A stretch of 64,000 nt of DNA, taken from Gammaproteobacteria bacterium (GTDB taxonomy: Bacteria; Pseudomonadota; Gammaproteobacteria; UBA4575). The notes under the pieces are model-generated. The model was not told the DNA's origin, did no database searches, and saw only the letters and a list, made by a program, of their open reading frames with translations. The DNA lies in assembly GCA_965221955.1 (NCBI GenBank), contig CBDCTA010000004.1, forward strand, positions 32,001 to 96,000. The letters are read 5' to 3'. Positions 37,302-46,692 of this stretch are shown here, in pieces. The position numbers and the translations under genes were made by a program. The first letter of the stretch is position 1. Each line of letters begins with the position of its first letter.

Positions 37302-37811
37302 TTATTTAGTAGAGGCTTGTCCTTGTTGCGTAAAATTTTGCATCATTTCAGTCCACTGGCTAAACCATTGTTCATATTGCTTTGGATCCATCATTTGTGC
37401 GCCAGGCATTTGATTCATAGGGTTTCCACCGTGTGAACCCATTCCAGGCATTCCCATACCCATGCCCATCATCGGATTCATCATTGGGCCCATCATGCCC
37501 ATCATGGGGTACATCATGTTCATACCCATCATAGGGTTCATCATGCCCATCATAGGACTCATCATCATGGTGGGGTTCATCATGCCCATCATGGGATTCA
37601 TCATCATGTTTGGATTCATCATGCCCGTCATTGGGGTCATCATGTGATTCATCATGTTCATATACATTGTTGGATTCATCATACCCATCATTGCATCCAT
37701 ATCTGGCATTGTAGATTGTTTTTTCTCTTCAGCATGCGTGAAAGAGACTCCTAGTACGAATAGGCAACTAGTAAATAAAACCAGTCGGAGTGATTTTTGT
37801 AGAGATTTCAT
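37302..37811 (-). CDS. Exported Met-rich MNP-repeat protein
   Basis: Signal peptide (THA|EE); MNPMMGM heptads (about 53 of 169 residues Met by hand count); C-terminal MMDPKQYEQWFSQWTEMM. Confidence 0.85.
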   Translation of the reverse strand: MKSLQKSLRLVLFTSCLFVLGVSFTHAEEKKQSTMPDMDAMMGMMNPTMYMNMMNHMMTPMTGMMNPNMMMNPMMGMMNPTMMMSPMMGMMNPMMGMNMMYPMMGMMGPMMNPMMGMGMGMPGMGSHGGNPMNQMPGAQMMDPKQYEQWFSQWTEMMQNFTQQGQASTK

Positions 37812-37852
37812 GTTTTCAGCCTCTTTATAGAATTAATCAAAGGTAACGTTAT

Positions 37853-38326
37853 TTATTGGTTCACTTGAGGGGTCATGTTTTTCATCATTTCAGTCCATTG
37901 ACTAAACCATTGCTCATATTGCTTTGGATCCATCATTTGGTTCATTGGGTTATAACTGCCATAGCTACCCATTCCACCCATCATCCCCATCGGATTCATC
38001 ATTGGAGTCATCATGCCCATCATGGGTCCCATCATGCTCATGTAGGCCATTGGATTCATCATTTGCATATAGTTTCCTGGATTCATCCAAACACCTGGAT
38101 GCATTAAAGACATATAGTTTCCTGGGTTCATCCACGTCATTGGATTCATCCACATCGCTGGATTGAACATGGGGTGATAAGTCCCCATCCCAGGATAGGT
38201 AGTTTGTCCCCAATTAGGGAAAGCAAACTGATTGTTAGTATTATTCTGGGCTTGTGTGTTAGAGATTCCAATAAAGCACAGGCAGCTTGTAATCAATACT
38301 ATTCGAATTAAATTTCGAAAAAACAT
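37853..38326 (-). CDS. Exported Met-rich MNP-repeat protein
   Basis: Start reassigned to the ATG at 38326 (GAGGA RBS, signal MFFRNLIR...TQA|Q); WMNP/MNPGNYM repeats; identical MMDPKQYEQWFSQWTEMM tail. Confidence 0.85.
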   Translation of the reverse strand: MFFRNLIRIVLITSCLCFIGISNTQAQNNTNNQFAFPNWGQTTYPGMGTYHPMFNPAMWMNPMTWMNPGNYMSLMHPGVWMNPGNYMQMMNPMAYMSMMGPMMGMMTPMMNPMGMMGGMGSYGSYNPMNQMMDPKQYEQWFSQWTEMMKNMTPQVNQ

Positions 38327-38363
38327 AGAGAGTTCCTCATAATTTTGGTCTGTAATTAAAAAT

Positions 38364-38963
38364 TTATTTTTTAGAATCCGTGTTACTCCACTGATTGAAC
38401 CATTGTTCATACTGTTTAGGATCCATCATTCCCATTGGGTTCATCATTGGAGCCATCATTGGGTTCATCATGCCCATCATAGGACTCATCATTGCACCGC
38501 TCATATCCATCATTGGGTTCACCATAGGGTTCATCATGCCCATTGCAGGTGCCATCATTGGGTTCATCATGCCCATCGTTGGGCCCATCATTCCCATCAT
38601 TGGATTCACCATGGGTGCCATCATTGGATACATCATGCCCATCATAGGATTCATCATACTCATCATTGGCTTCATAGCATCCATCATGGGACCGAAGTCT
38701 TTTTGATATCTCGCTACGTCTTCATCCGTATGGCATTCAGCGCATGATTCTATTGACATCAATTTATCGGGACTTGTCATCATCATATTCATCATGTTGT
38801 TCATAACCTTAGGGTCCATAGACTTTTGCATGGCTTGACTCATGTCACCCCAAGCAGGAGCTGCTTGCTTTGCTTCTTCTGCCTGTAGTGTTGCAGCGGT
38901 TGCTACAAACAAACAGATCGCTATGACAATTATTTGAGTAATTTTATTTTTCATTAACATCAC
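38364..38963 (-). CDS. Exported Met-rich MNP-repeat protein with a CXXCH heme-c motif
   Basis: GGAG RBS, signal (LQA|EE), SCAECHT, MNPMMGM repeats, MMDPKQYEQWFNQW tail. Confidence 0.85.
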   Translation of the reverse strand: MMLMKNKITQIIVIAICLFVATAATLQAEEAKQAAPAWGDMSQAMQKSMDPKVMNNMMNMMMTSPDKLMSIESCAECHTDEDVARYQKDFGPMMDAMKPMMSMMNPMMGMMYPMMAPMVNPMMGMMGPTMGMMNPMMAPAMGMMNPMVNPMMDMSGAMMSPMMGMMNPMMAPMMNPMGMMDPKQYEQWFNQWSNTDSKK

Positions 38964-38999
38964 TTGTTTATCTCCACTATTACTATTTAAATTTCAAAA

Positions 39000-40361
39000 T
39001 TAAAAATCGCCTGTTGCAGCACCTTCCATGATGTATTGAATATTTTCCCTTATTACTTTTGCATGCTCGCGTATATCTTTTGATAAATGACTGTTAGGGT
39101 TTTGTGCATAATCCAACCAACTGACATCCCAATCTAACGTCATTACCCATAACTTGCCTTCAGCATCTTCCATTAATGCAATTTTACAAGGCAAGAAAAC
39201 AATGAACTCTGGAACTTCATCCAGAATTTTGCGTGCCATTCTTGCATCACAAAAACGAAACATCTCAACTTTTGCTGAAGGTTGTTCAGTTTCAGCTTCG
39301 ATTTGCTTCCATAATGGGCTTGAACCCACAAATTTAAAATTTACTTCATTAGCACGTAGTTTCATGGCTTCTACGGCATCATCCCAGGAAACGCCCTCTT
39401 CTACTGGAATCTTTTCTGCCATCATGCTCACCATATTGCGCATGGATAACGGACTCATCGCCATCGCTGTTTGAAATGCATGCTGTTTTGCTTCGCGTGA
39501 AACGCTTGGAGAGACGGTATTTTTAGGCCAGTTTTCGTAGGTTTGTGTTGGAAGACCTGGAATCGTGATGACGGGGAGTTGCTCGGGTGTTTCCCCATTT
39601 TTATATGCTTCACTAGGTTGCCCAAACATTCCGAACATCATTTCTGGATCCATTGATTTCATCATGGCATTCATGTTTTGCGTTTGTGTCATGATGTTGA
39701 CCGGATGATTCATCATGGTCATAGGATTCATATAGATGTTTGGGTTCATCATGGTTCCCATCATGCTCATCATCATGGGTGTCATCATCACCATTGGGTT
39801 CATATACATCCCAGGATTCATCATGTTTGGATTCATCATTGGAGTCCCCATATTAGGATGCATAGTTTGCATCCAATTGGTGGCTACAGTTGTAGAATTT
39901 GATGGTGTAGCTTCGCTTGAATTACTTGCTTGGGAATTGTTTGTTTGGGTGGCTACTTCAGCATTTGAATCGATTTTTGCAATTTCTATTTCTGTATCGT
40001 CAGCTTCTTCGTCTAAATCTGATTCAGATACGCCAGTTTCATCATTAATTTCTATTGTTTGATTTGTTGTTACTTCTAAAGCGATTTCTTCCCCATCAAG
40101 TTTTTCAGTGGATGCTTCTTCTATTGCCTCATCTGAAGGTTCTAGAGCACTCTTTTCTTGTGGCTCGATTACTGCCTTATTAGTATCTAATTCTGCAAGT
40201 TGTACATTGGTAGTGGGCTGCTTTGTATCTTCTATAAGTTCAATATCCTCAACCTCAGGATGAATAAAGCTTGTCATTTTTGAATACACAGTCTGGTAAT
40301 TAGTAGCTAACAACCATCCAAGTAGACCAAATACAAATATAAATACGGTTTTCATTTTCAT
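39000..40361 (-). CDS. Membrane-anchored protein: acidic linker, Met-rich MNP block and C-terminal DUF302 domain
   Basis: N-terminal TM; D/E-rich spacer; MMNPNMMNPGMYMNP block; GVSWDDAVEAMKLRA...FRFCDA...FLPCKIA.MED..GK.W DUF302 signature. Confidence 0.8.
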   Translation of the reverse strand: MKMKTVFIFVFGLLGWLLATNYQTVYSKMTSFIHPEVEDIELIEDTKQPTTNVQLAELDTNKAVIEPQEKSALEPSDEAIEEASTEKLDGEEIALEVTTNQTIEINDETGVSESDLDEEADDTEIEIAKIDSNAEVATQTNNSQASNSSEATPSNSTTVATNWMQTMHPNMGTPMMNPNMMNPGMYMNPMVMMTPMMMSMMGTMMNPNIYMNPMTMMNHPVNIMTQTQNMNAMMKSMDPEMMFGMFGQPSEAYKNGETPEQLPVITIPGLPTQTYENWPKNTVSPSVSREAKQHAFQTAMAMSPLSMRNMVSMMAEKIPVEEGVSWDDAVEAMKLRANEVNFKFVGSSPLWKQIEAETEQPSAKVEMFRFCDARMARKILDEVPEFIVFLPCKIALMEDAEGKLWVMTLDWDVSWLDYAQNPNSHLSKDIREHAKVIRENIQYIMEGAATGDF

Positions 40362-40744
40362 ATTAGTTAGTGAGTACTTCTGATATAAATTTTATGTTTT
40401 ATACAAGCGCAAGTTTAGCGCGTGACTTTATATTAATATATTAATATATTCTAATTTTTTTTATTTATATGTTTATGATTTTGTTAATATCTCTTTTTAT
40501 TCAATAAGTTATTTACTGTATTTTAAGTAAATTATAGTCAAATAATATTGATATTGTTTAAAAATCACACACATTAAGCTTAATTATTCTTATCGTGAAA
40601 CTATTTTATTTTATAAAAACTACCAAAACAGAGGCTTGGTATGAATATGTCTGAATGGCACAATGTATCCATAAAATATGAGTGATAGCCCTTTACCCCT
40701 ACTCATAAAAATAAGTGTCTTAAATTAATCACGGTTGATCTTTA

Positions 40745-41266
40745 ATGAAATTGATTTCTGTTCTTTTTTTGCTAGCAATTGGATTTGCCATAGCTTTTGC
40801 TTCTTCAAAAACGCTCGAGTCTACTAATCAAACTGAGTTTTGTACTTCATGTCACTCTATGCAGTGGGTCAAACAAGAATGGATGGAGAGTATTCACTAT
40901 TCAAATATTTCAGGGGTAAGAGCTAATTGTTCGGACTGTCATGTGCCACATGATACTGGACCTAAATTGGTTGCAAAGTTACGAGCAGCAAAGGACGTTT
41001 GGCATGAAATTCTTGGCACTATTGATACTGAAGAAAAATTTGAACACCATCGTTGGCAAATGGCTAACGCTGTATGGGATAGAATGAAGGCAACAGACTC
41101 CCGAGAATGCAAATCATGTCATACGGTTGCCGCGATGGATCTTAAAGAACAAGATCGTTCAGCGCGCAAAAAGCATAAAAAGATTGCTAAAGGAGATAGC
41201 GAGAAAACTTGTATCGATTGCCACAAAGGTGTTGCTCATGAAGCACCTAGTGAACCAGAGGAATAA
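40745..41266 (+). CDS. NapC/NirT-family tetraheme cytochrome c
   Basis: Four CXXCH motifs (CTSCH, CSDCH, CKSCH, CIDCH); HYSN.SGVRA, KGVAH; N-terminal TM. Confidence 0.93.
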   Translation: MKLISVLFLLAIGFAIAFASSKTLESTNQTEFCTSCHSMQWVKQEWMESIHYSNISGVRANCSDCHVPHDTGPKLVAKLRAAKDVWHEILGTIDTEEKFEHHRWQMANAVWDRMKATDSRECKSCHTVAAMDLKEQDRSARKKHKKIAKGDSEKTCIDCHKGVAHEAPSEPEE

Positions 41267-41427
41267 GCAAAACCTGTAAATGATGATATAAATCAGCAAA
41301 TTTCTATATAAAAGCCCTAAATACTGGCAATTCAATGTGCTAAAGTTTCGAAAAGTTATGAACCTTTGTTTATGGCTTACTACTAATTAATAACAACCAT
41401 ATGGATCCAGGAATTAGGAGGAGTTCT

Positions 41428-42087
41428 ATGTTTAATCATCGCATCCTCGCGACTCTAATTACGCTTGTATTTGGAGTATGTTTTGTTTCACCCGCAGCAG
41501 CAGAAGGTGCCAGTGCTGAAATGCTGTCTAACACATGCCTTGGTTGCCATGGTCCTGGCGGAATTAGTAAAGGCCCAGCAACACCTACCATTTCAGGAAT
41601 GTCAGAGCTTTATATTATCGCTGCGATGTTAGCCTATAAATATGATAACGATGAAGACAAAATCGATGAGATTATTGAATCAGATCCTGATTTAGAGGAT
41701 GTTGAATATTTTGCAAGAACCTCAACCGTGATGAATCGTATCGCGAAAGGTTATTCCGAAGAAGAAATTAAAATTATTTCTAAACACTTTGCTGAGCTAC
41801 CTTTTGAGAGTGCTGCGCAAAGTGCAAATGCTGATCAAGCCAAGTCTGGTGCAAAGTTACACGAAGCACATTGTGAAAAATGTCATGAAGATGGAGGCAG
41901 TTCCGCAGAAGATGACGCGGGTGTGCTAGCTGGACAATGGGCTCCTTACCTTGAATACACCATGGCAGATTTTGCAAGTGGTGATCGGAAAATGCCTAAG
42001 AAAATGAAGAAACAGATGGAAGAAGCACATGCAGCAAATGAAGAAGCTATAAGAGATCTGATTCAGTTTTACATAAACCAAAAGTAA
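41428..42087 (+). CDS. fccA: Flavocytochrome c sulfide dehydrogenase, diheme cytochrome subunit
   Basis: AGGAGG RBS before the ATG at 41428; CLGCHG..G.S.GPATPTISG, ST.MNRIAKGY, CEKCH, LAGQW.PYL, R.MPKKM. Confidence 0.88.
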   Translation: MFNHRILATLITLVFGVCFVSPAAAEGASAEMLSNTCLGCHGPGGISKGPATPTISGMSELYIIAAMLAYKYDNDEDKIDEIIESDPDLEDVEYFARTSTVMNRIAKGYSEEEIKIISKHFAELPFESAAQSANADQAKSGAKLHEAHCEKCHEDGGSSAEDDAGVLAGQWAPYLEYTMADFASGDRKMPKKMKKQMEEAHAANEEAIRDLIQFYINQK

Positions 42088-42114
42088 CTATTGATTAGCT
42101 TAGGAGTTTAAAAA

Positions 42115-43392
42115 ATGACAAATATAAATCGAAGAAGTTTTTTAAAAGCCACTGGCGGTGCATTAGCTACTGGTGGTTTAGGTGTTCCATTTCTAGCCCA
42201 TGCAGCAAAGAAACGTGTTGTCGTTGTAGGTGGTGGAGTTGGCGGTTTAATTGCTGCTAAATATATTGCAAAAGGTGACTCATCAATAGAAGTTACGATT
42301 GTTGAGCCTAAAGCACATCACCACACGTGTTTTATGAGTAATGAAGTTATTGGTGGAGATCGTGATATTTCTACCATTAAATTTGGCTATGACAATCTTG
42401 CGAATCACGGCATCAAGCTGGTTCAAGACAAAGTCACTATGGTTGATGCGGAAGCACATAAAGTGAAGACTGCAGGTGGTACAACTTTAGAGTATGACCG
42501 TTGCGTAGTTTCTCCAGGAATTGCACTAAAGTTTGGTGCAATTGAAGGATATAGCGAAGAAGCTGCAGAAATAATGCCGCACTCTTGGATTGCAGGACAG
42601 CAAACTGCCCTACTTCGTAGCCAGCTTGAATCAATGGAAGATGGTGGCCTAGTCGTTATCGCGCCTCCTCAAAACCCTTTCCGTTGCCCTCCTGGTCCAT
42701 ATGAGCGTGCGGCACAAATTGCACATCATCTAAAACACAACAAACCTAAATCTAAACTTTTAATTTTAGATGCTAAAGATAAGTTTTCTAAGCAAGGCTT
42801 GTTCATGCAAGGTTATAAAGATGTGTATGGTGAAATGATTGAATGGGTTGCAGGTGCTGATACGGGTGGTGGTGTTAAGTCAGTAGATACTAAAGCCATG
42901 ACCGTGAGTACAGACTTTGATGACCATAAAGTGGCAGTCGCTAATATCATACCTCCACAACAGGCAGCACAAGTCGCACATGATTCAGATTTAGTGGACG
43001 ATTCTGGTTGGTGCCCGGTTGATCTAGGCACATTTGAATCAAAGAAACATAAAGATGTACATGTAATTGGTGATGCAAGCATCGCGAAAGGTATGCCGAA
43101 GTCTGGCTATGCAGCGAGTACTCAAGCAAAAGTATGCGCAGCAGCGGTTGTTAGCATGTTGCAAGGTAAAGATGCACCGGTAACATCATACGCTAATGCA
43201 TGTTATAGCTTAATTGCACCGGATTATGGTATTTCAGTCGTAGCGGTTTATGCCCTTGCAGAAGATCGTTCTGAAATCAAAAAACTTGGTGGTGGTTTAA
43301 CTCCCATGGATGCAACTGCTGAAGCGCGCGCACGTGAAGTGGAATATGCATATAGTTGGTTTAATAATATGACAGCAGAAATGTTTGGCTAA
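42115..43392 (+). CDS. fccB: Flavocytochrome c sulfide dehydrogenase, flavoprotein subunit
   Basis: Tat [54 protein letters not shown]. Confidence 0.93.
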   Translation: MTNINRRSFLKATGGALATGGLGVPFLAHAAKKRVVVVGGGVGGLIAAKYIAKGDSSIEVTIVEPKAHHHTCFMSNEVIGGDRDISTIKFGYDNLANHGIKLVQDKVTMVDAEAHKVKTAGGTTLEYDRCVVSPGIALKFGAIEGYSEEAAEIMPHSWIAGQQTALLRSQLESMEDGGLVVIAPPQNPFRCPPGPYERAAQIAHHLKHNKPKSKLLILDAKDKFSKQGLFMQGYKDVYGEMIEWVAGADTGGGVKSVDTKAMTVSTDFDDHKVAVANIIPPQQAAQVAHDSDLVDDSGWCPVDLGTFESKKHKDVHVIGDASIAKGMPKSGYAASTQAKVCAAAVVSMLQGKDAPVTSYANACYSLIAPDYGISVVAVYALAEDRSEIKKLGGGLTPMDATAEARAREVEYAYSWFNNMTAEMFG

Positions 43393-43417
43393 AACTAACT
43401 AATTTGGCGAAATGATT

Positions 43418-43447
43418 AAAAAGGCTACCTTGTGTAGCCTTTTTTAT
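43418..43447 (+). terminator. Rho-independent terminator after fccB
   Basis: aaaaggctac-cttgt-gtagcctttttt. Confidence 0.8.
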
Positions 43448-43465
43448 TTCTTATAACCATATGAT

Positions 43466-43726
43466 ATGAATAGAAACTTAACGGATCTAAAAAATATTGG
43501 CGAAAAACTCGCTAAACGTTTACATGAGGTTGGTATTCGATCTGAAGCAGACTTACGAAAGGCAGGCTCAGCAAAAGCACATAAAATGATTAAGGCAAAA
43601 TATCCTAATGAAACACTTGCTGTTTGCTACTACTTATATTCTTTCGAAGGCGCTCTCGCAAATAAGCATTGGGATAAATTAAGCAAAAAAAGGAAGCAAG
43701 AATTGCGTAACGAAATTGAAAACTAA
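43466..43726 (+). CDS. TfoX C-terminal domain protein
   Basis: L.DLKNIG..LA.RL..VGI....L...G...A, LYSFEGAL...HW..L....K.EL. Confidence 0.8.
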   Translation: MNRNLTDLKNIGEKLAKRLHEVGIRSEADLRKAGSAKAHKMIKAKYPNETLAVCYYLYSFEGALANKHWDKLSKKRKQELRNEIEN

Positions 43727-43732
43727 TACTCG

Positions 43733-44299
43733 TTAAAGATTTATCTTAACTGTAAATGCACCCCGTATATCACCTGCTTGAAACCCGGTTGCTTGGTCTT
43801 CAGGATAAAGGTCATTAATTTTTTCAGCAATGACAGGAGCTAACTTTTTTCCATGGCACAACAAACAAGGTTCTTGCATGGGTATCGCTTTCATATAGCG
43901 AAAGATTTTTTCCCCATCTTCCTTTACAACTTCACTTATTTCTAGAGTTTTAATATCTACATTTAAATTTTTCTGAGATTCAAACCAGTGTAACTGTTTT
44001 GTTTCCCATGCATCCGCTTGATTAGTAGGATTGCGAAGTTTTAAAGATGTGCGCCCTACTTTGAGATTATTTTTAACAGAGATTTTTTTGCTGATTTCTA
44101 CAGCTTCAAGATTACAAATTGTAATTGCTGCTTCAGGTCCCTCTGATTGTATTGTGCTGACGAGTTTGTTTTTTAACTGTTTGCCTAGTTGTTTACTCGC
44201 GCTTTGACTTAAAGCCAATTCTTGTTCGGTATTAGGAGTACACGCAATATTTGTTAACGCAAATAAAGCGGCTATTAAAATAAAAACGAACTTGTTCAA
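43733..44299 (-). CDS. DUF3365 (Tll0287-like) heme-binding lipoprotein
   Basis: Lipobox (NIAC), AI.IC, RTSLKLRNP.N.AD.WE, RYMKAI....CLLCHG, YP.DQATGF..GDIRGAF. Confidence 0.85.
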   Translation of the reverse strand: MNKFVFILIAALFALTNIACTPNTEQELALSQSASKQLGKQLKNKLVSTIQSEGPEAAITICNLEAVEISKKISVKNNLKVGRTSLKLRNPTNQADAWETKQLHWFESQKNLNVDIKTLEISEVVKEDGEKIFRYMKAIPMQEPCLLCHGKKLAPVIAEKINDLYPEDQATGFQAGDIRGAFTVKINL

Positions 44300-44309
44300 A
44301 CTGAAGTGT

Positions 44310-44915
44310 TTAAATAAACAAGCAGATATCAGATTTTTGTGCAGCAGGTAAAAAGGATGCTGCCCCTACCCAATCACTCACATCATCAATAAATTGATCT
44401 TTCTCGTAACCAAATAAGTCTACTGTCATTTGGCATGCAACCAATTTCACTTCAGCTTCTACTGCAAGCTCACGTAGTTCTTCGACACTTGCTACACCTT
44501 TGTTTTTGAGTGTTTTAGACATCATAGTCGTTGCAAACTTTTCAAAACCAGGAATGTTACTGCTGAGTGCATTAGGAATATTCCATTCGATACTCTTAAA
44601 CCATTCTGGTCCAAATGGCATTTTCATAGGCATCGCGGGGTTACCTAAAGGTGAGATTTCTAAATCTAAATCTTTTTTTAATAAATTTAAGCCATAAAAT
44701 GTAAAGAAACAGGATACTTCCCAACCTAATGCTGCAGCGGTAGATGCAAGAATAAAAGGTGGATAAGCCATATCCATAGTGCCTTTCGTGGCAATTAAAG
44801 ATAGTTGAGGGATACGAGATTCTTCACGTTCTTGTAATTTTTGTTCTAGTCTTTCATCAAACCATTGATCTAACATTTCAGGAGTTAGATTTTGAGTATC
44901 AAGTGAATTCGCCAT
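44310..44915 (-). CDS. dsrE: DsrE2-like sulfurtransferase (DsrE/DsrF family)
   Basis: IATKGT.DMAYPPFILASTAAALG.EV..FFTFYGL.LL, LVACQMTVDLF, GAASFL. Confidence 0.88.
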   Translation of the reverse strand: MANSLDTQNLTPEMLDQWFDERLEQKLQEREESRIPQLSLIATKGTMDMAYPPFILASTAAALGWEVSCFFTFYGLNLLKKDLDLEISPLGNPAMPMKMPFGPEWFKSIEWNIPNALSSNIPGFEKFATTMMSKTLKNKGVASVEELRELAVEAEVKLVACQMTVDLFGYEKDQFIDDVSDWVGAASFLPAAQKSDICLFI

Positions 44916-45357
44916 GATGTGCTCCTGTAAACAACTTTTTTAAAGCTGACCTATATTACTATCTACTTATTTACTGATACTGTAGCAAATGTGCGCAATA
45001 AGAATGTACATCCAATGCGGGTAGTCTACTATGAGTAGCTTTCTTCATTTAGATATTTAAATTTTCATTAATTATTAACAGGTTAAGATAGTTATTTAAT
45101 CTAATTTCACTCGGATGATAAATAAATAATTTTTCTTAATTTATGACCTGAAAAATGAACGAGTACGTGCTTCATTTTGGTATCGCTAAAATTGGTTTTT
45201 TGTAAGAAATTAAACGACCAAATATAAGCTATTTACTACCCCTCATCAGAGCATTAGTATCTCAAGCTTGTATAAAACTCTATGTTTAATGAGTGAGTTA
45301 GAGTCGAGGATGTCTATTGAAATGAACTGTTACAAGCATAGCTTGAAGTCAGAGTTA

Positions 45358-45433
45358 TGGCGTCCCCAGGGGGATTCGAACCCCCGTTGCCGCCGTGAAA
45401 GGGCGATGTCCTAGGCCTCTAGACGATGGGGAC
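45358..45433 (-). tRNA. tRNA-Glu (TTC)
   Basis: Reverse complement gtccccatcgtctagaggcctagga...cccTTTCacgg...ggttcgaatccc...gacgCCA, 76 nt. Confidence 0.96.
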
Positions 45434-45607
45434 GGGATCAGACGACATAACTCTATTTTGATGAAATCTTCGTCATCAGAGCCGGCGCAAGTTACGCTAA
45501 CCTAGGTTTTGATGTCAAGTATATTTGCAGATTACTTACCAAGTCGTTTTGATGAACTTAAATATTTACATTCAGACTAATAGCGGATCATGAGCACCTA
45601 ATAGAGT

Positions 45608-46501
45608 ATGGATGCTGCAACACTGACAAATCTTTGGCCAAAGATTGAAATGAAGCTGCCTCGTTGGGTAAGCATTGCTTTGGTTGTATTGATTTTGATT
45701 ACTCTGGCTAAATTAGTTTGGGGATTTTTCGATAGTGGCTCTAATCAAGTGATTGCACCACCTGTTACTACACCTACAAATGTTAAACCGCAACCACGCG
45801 CTAACCATGATCGCAAGATTGCTCAATTGCACTTAATGGGTAAGCCAGCCCCTGTCGCTTCATCTTCGAAAAAAGTTGAAGATGCTCCCGATACAACATT
45901 GAACCTAAAGCTTTTAGGGGTGTTGGCGGGCGATAAAGATTACGGCTACGCCATTATTTCTAGTGGTGCGAATAAAATTAAGCACTATGGACTTGGGGAT
46001 GATATCCCTGGAGGTGCCGTATTACATGCGGTGTATTCGGATCGAGTTATCCTTGAACGTGATATCAGGATGGAAACGTTACGTTTACCTAGAGCCAATG
46101 CAAAAGGCTTCAATCAAAAGAAGTTCTCAAATACTAAGCCAAAAACTGCAACCCAATCGAAGGCTGCTGGAAATCTTAACAATTTTGAAACGCTTGGGCA
46201 GTTTCGCCAAGAAATTATGAAAAATCCTGTTCGTTTAACAGAGTTCATCAATGCGGCACCCGAAAACAACGAAGATGGGCAGTTTTTGGGTTATAAACTT
46301 ACGCCAAGCAAGAATACAGATATGTTCTATCAGCTCGGTTTACAACCTGGAGATGTTGTGACAAACATTAATGGAGTGACATTGGATGCGCCAAATAAAG
46401 GCCCTGAAGCCATGCAGTCTTTAGCCACGGCTTCTGAAGTCACCATGATTGTGATGCGCGAAGGTACTGAAATCACCTTATTTCAGGATTTGAGTCAATA
46501 A
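45608..46501 (+). CDS. gspC: T2SS protein C (with PDZ domain)
   Basis: APDTTLNLKLLGV, DRVIL...ETL.L, GLQPGDVV..ING; first gene of the gsp cluster. Confidence 0.88.
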   Translation: MDAATLTNLWPKIEMKLPRWVSIALVVLILITLAKLVWGFFDSGSNQVIAPPVTTPTNVKPQPRANHDRKIAQLHLMGKPAPVASSSKKVEDAPDTTLNLKLLGVLAGDKDYGYAIISSGANKIKHYGLGDDIPGGAVLHAVYSDRVILERDIRMETLRLPRANAKGFNQKKFSNTKPKTATQSKAAGNLNNFETLGQFRQEIMKNPVRLTEFINAAPENNEDGQFLGYKLTPSKNTDMFYQLGLQPGDVVTNINGVTLDAPNKGPEAMQSLATASEVTMIVMREGTEITLFQDLSQ

Positions 46502-46692
46502 TTGCTTGTGAGGGAGCAGGAAGCAAGTGAAGAAGCTTATCCATTAGTCCAGGAATAGCTAACACAGGGATAAATTTGACCAAGTAAAAATAGGATTTAG
46601 TGTATAAAAGTCAGGCAACTTCTATTCGATGTAGAAATATCCTGATAAGCTGAATGAACATATAATTTTTATTGAAAAAACTACATAACTAA

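Noticed and set aside
38327-38410. N-terminal extension of ORF 37853..38410
   Set aside because: It overlaps the upstream gene's 3' end; the ATG at 38326 has an RBS and begins a signal peptide.
37400-38700. Tandem DNA repeats (catcatgcccat/gggttcatcat) resembling a CRISPR or VNTR
   Set aside because: They are degenerate codon-level repeats of MNPMMGM with no constant repeat-spacer structure, and no cas genes are present.
36803-40062. His-rich and Ile-rich ORFs on the + strand (36803, 37462, 37856, 37924, 38395, 38403, 39678, 39736) and at 28340 on the - strand
   Set aside because: Antisense shadows of ATG-rich repeats (CAT=His, ATC=Ile). The opposite-strand ORFs have RBSs, signal peptides and a shared tail.
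41323-41342. Possible sigma54 promoter before fccA (tggcaattcaatgtgc)
   Set aside because: GG-GC spacing is one base too long for the strict -24/-12 geometry.
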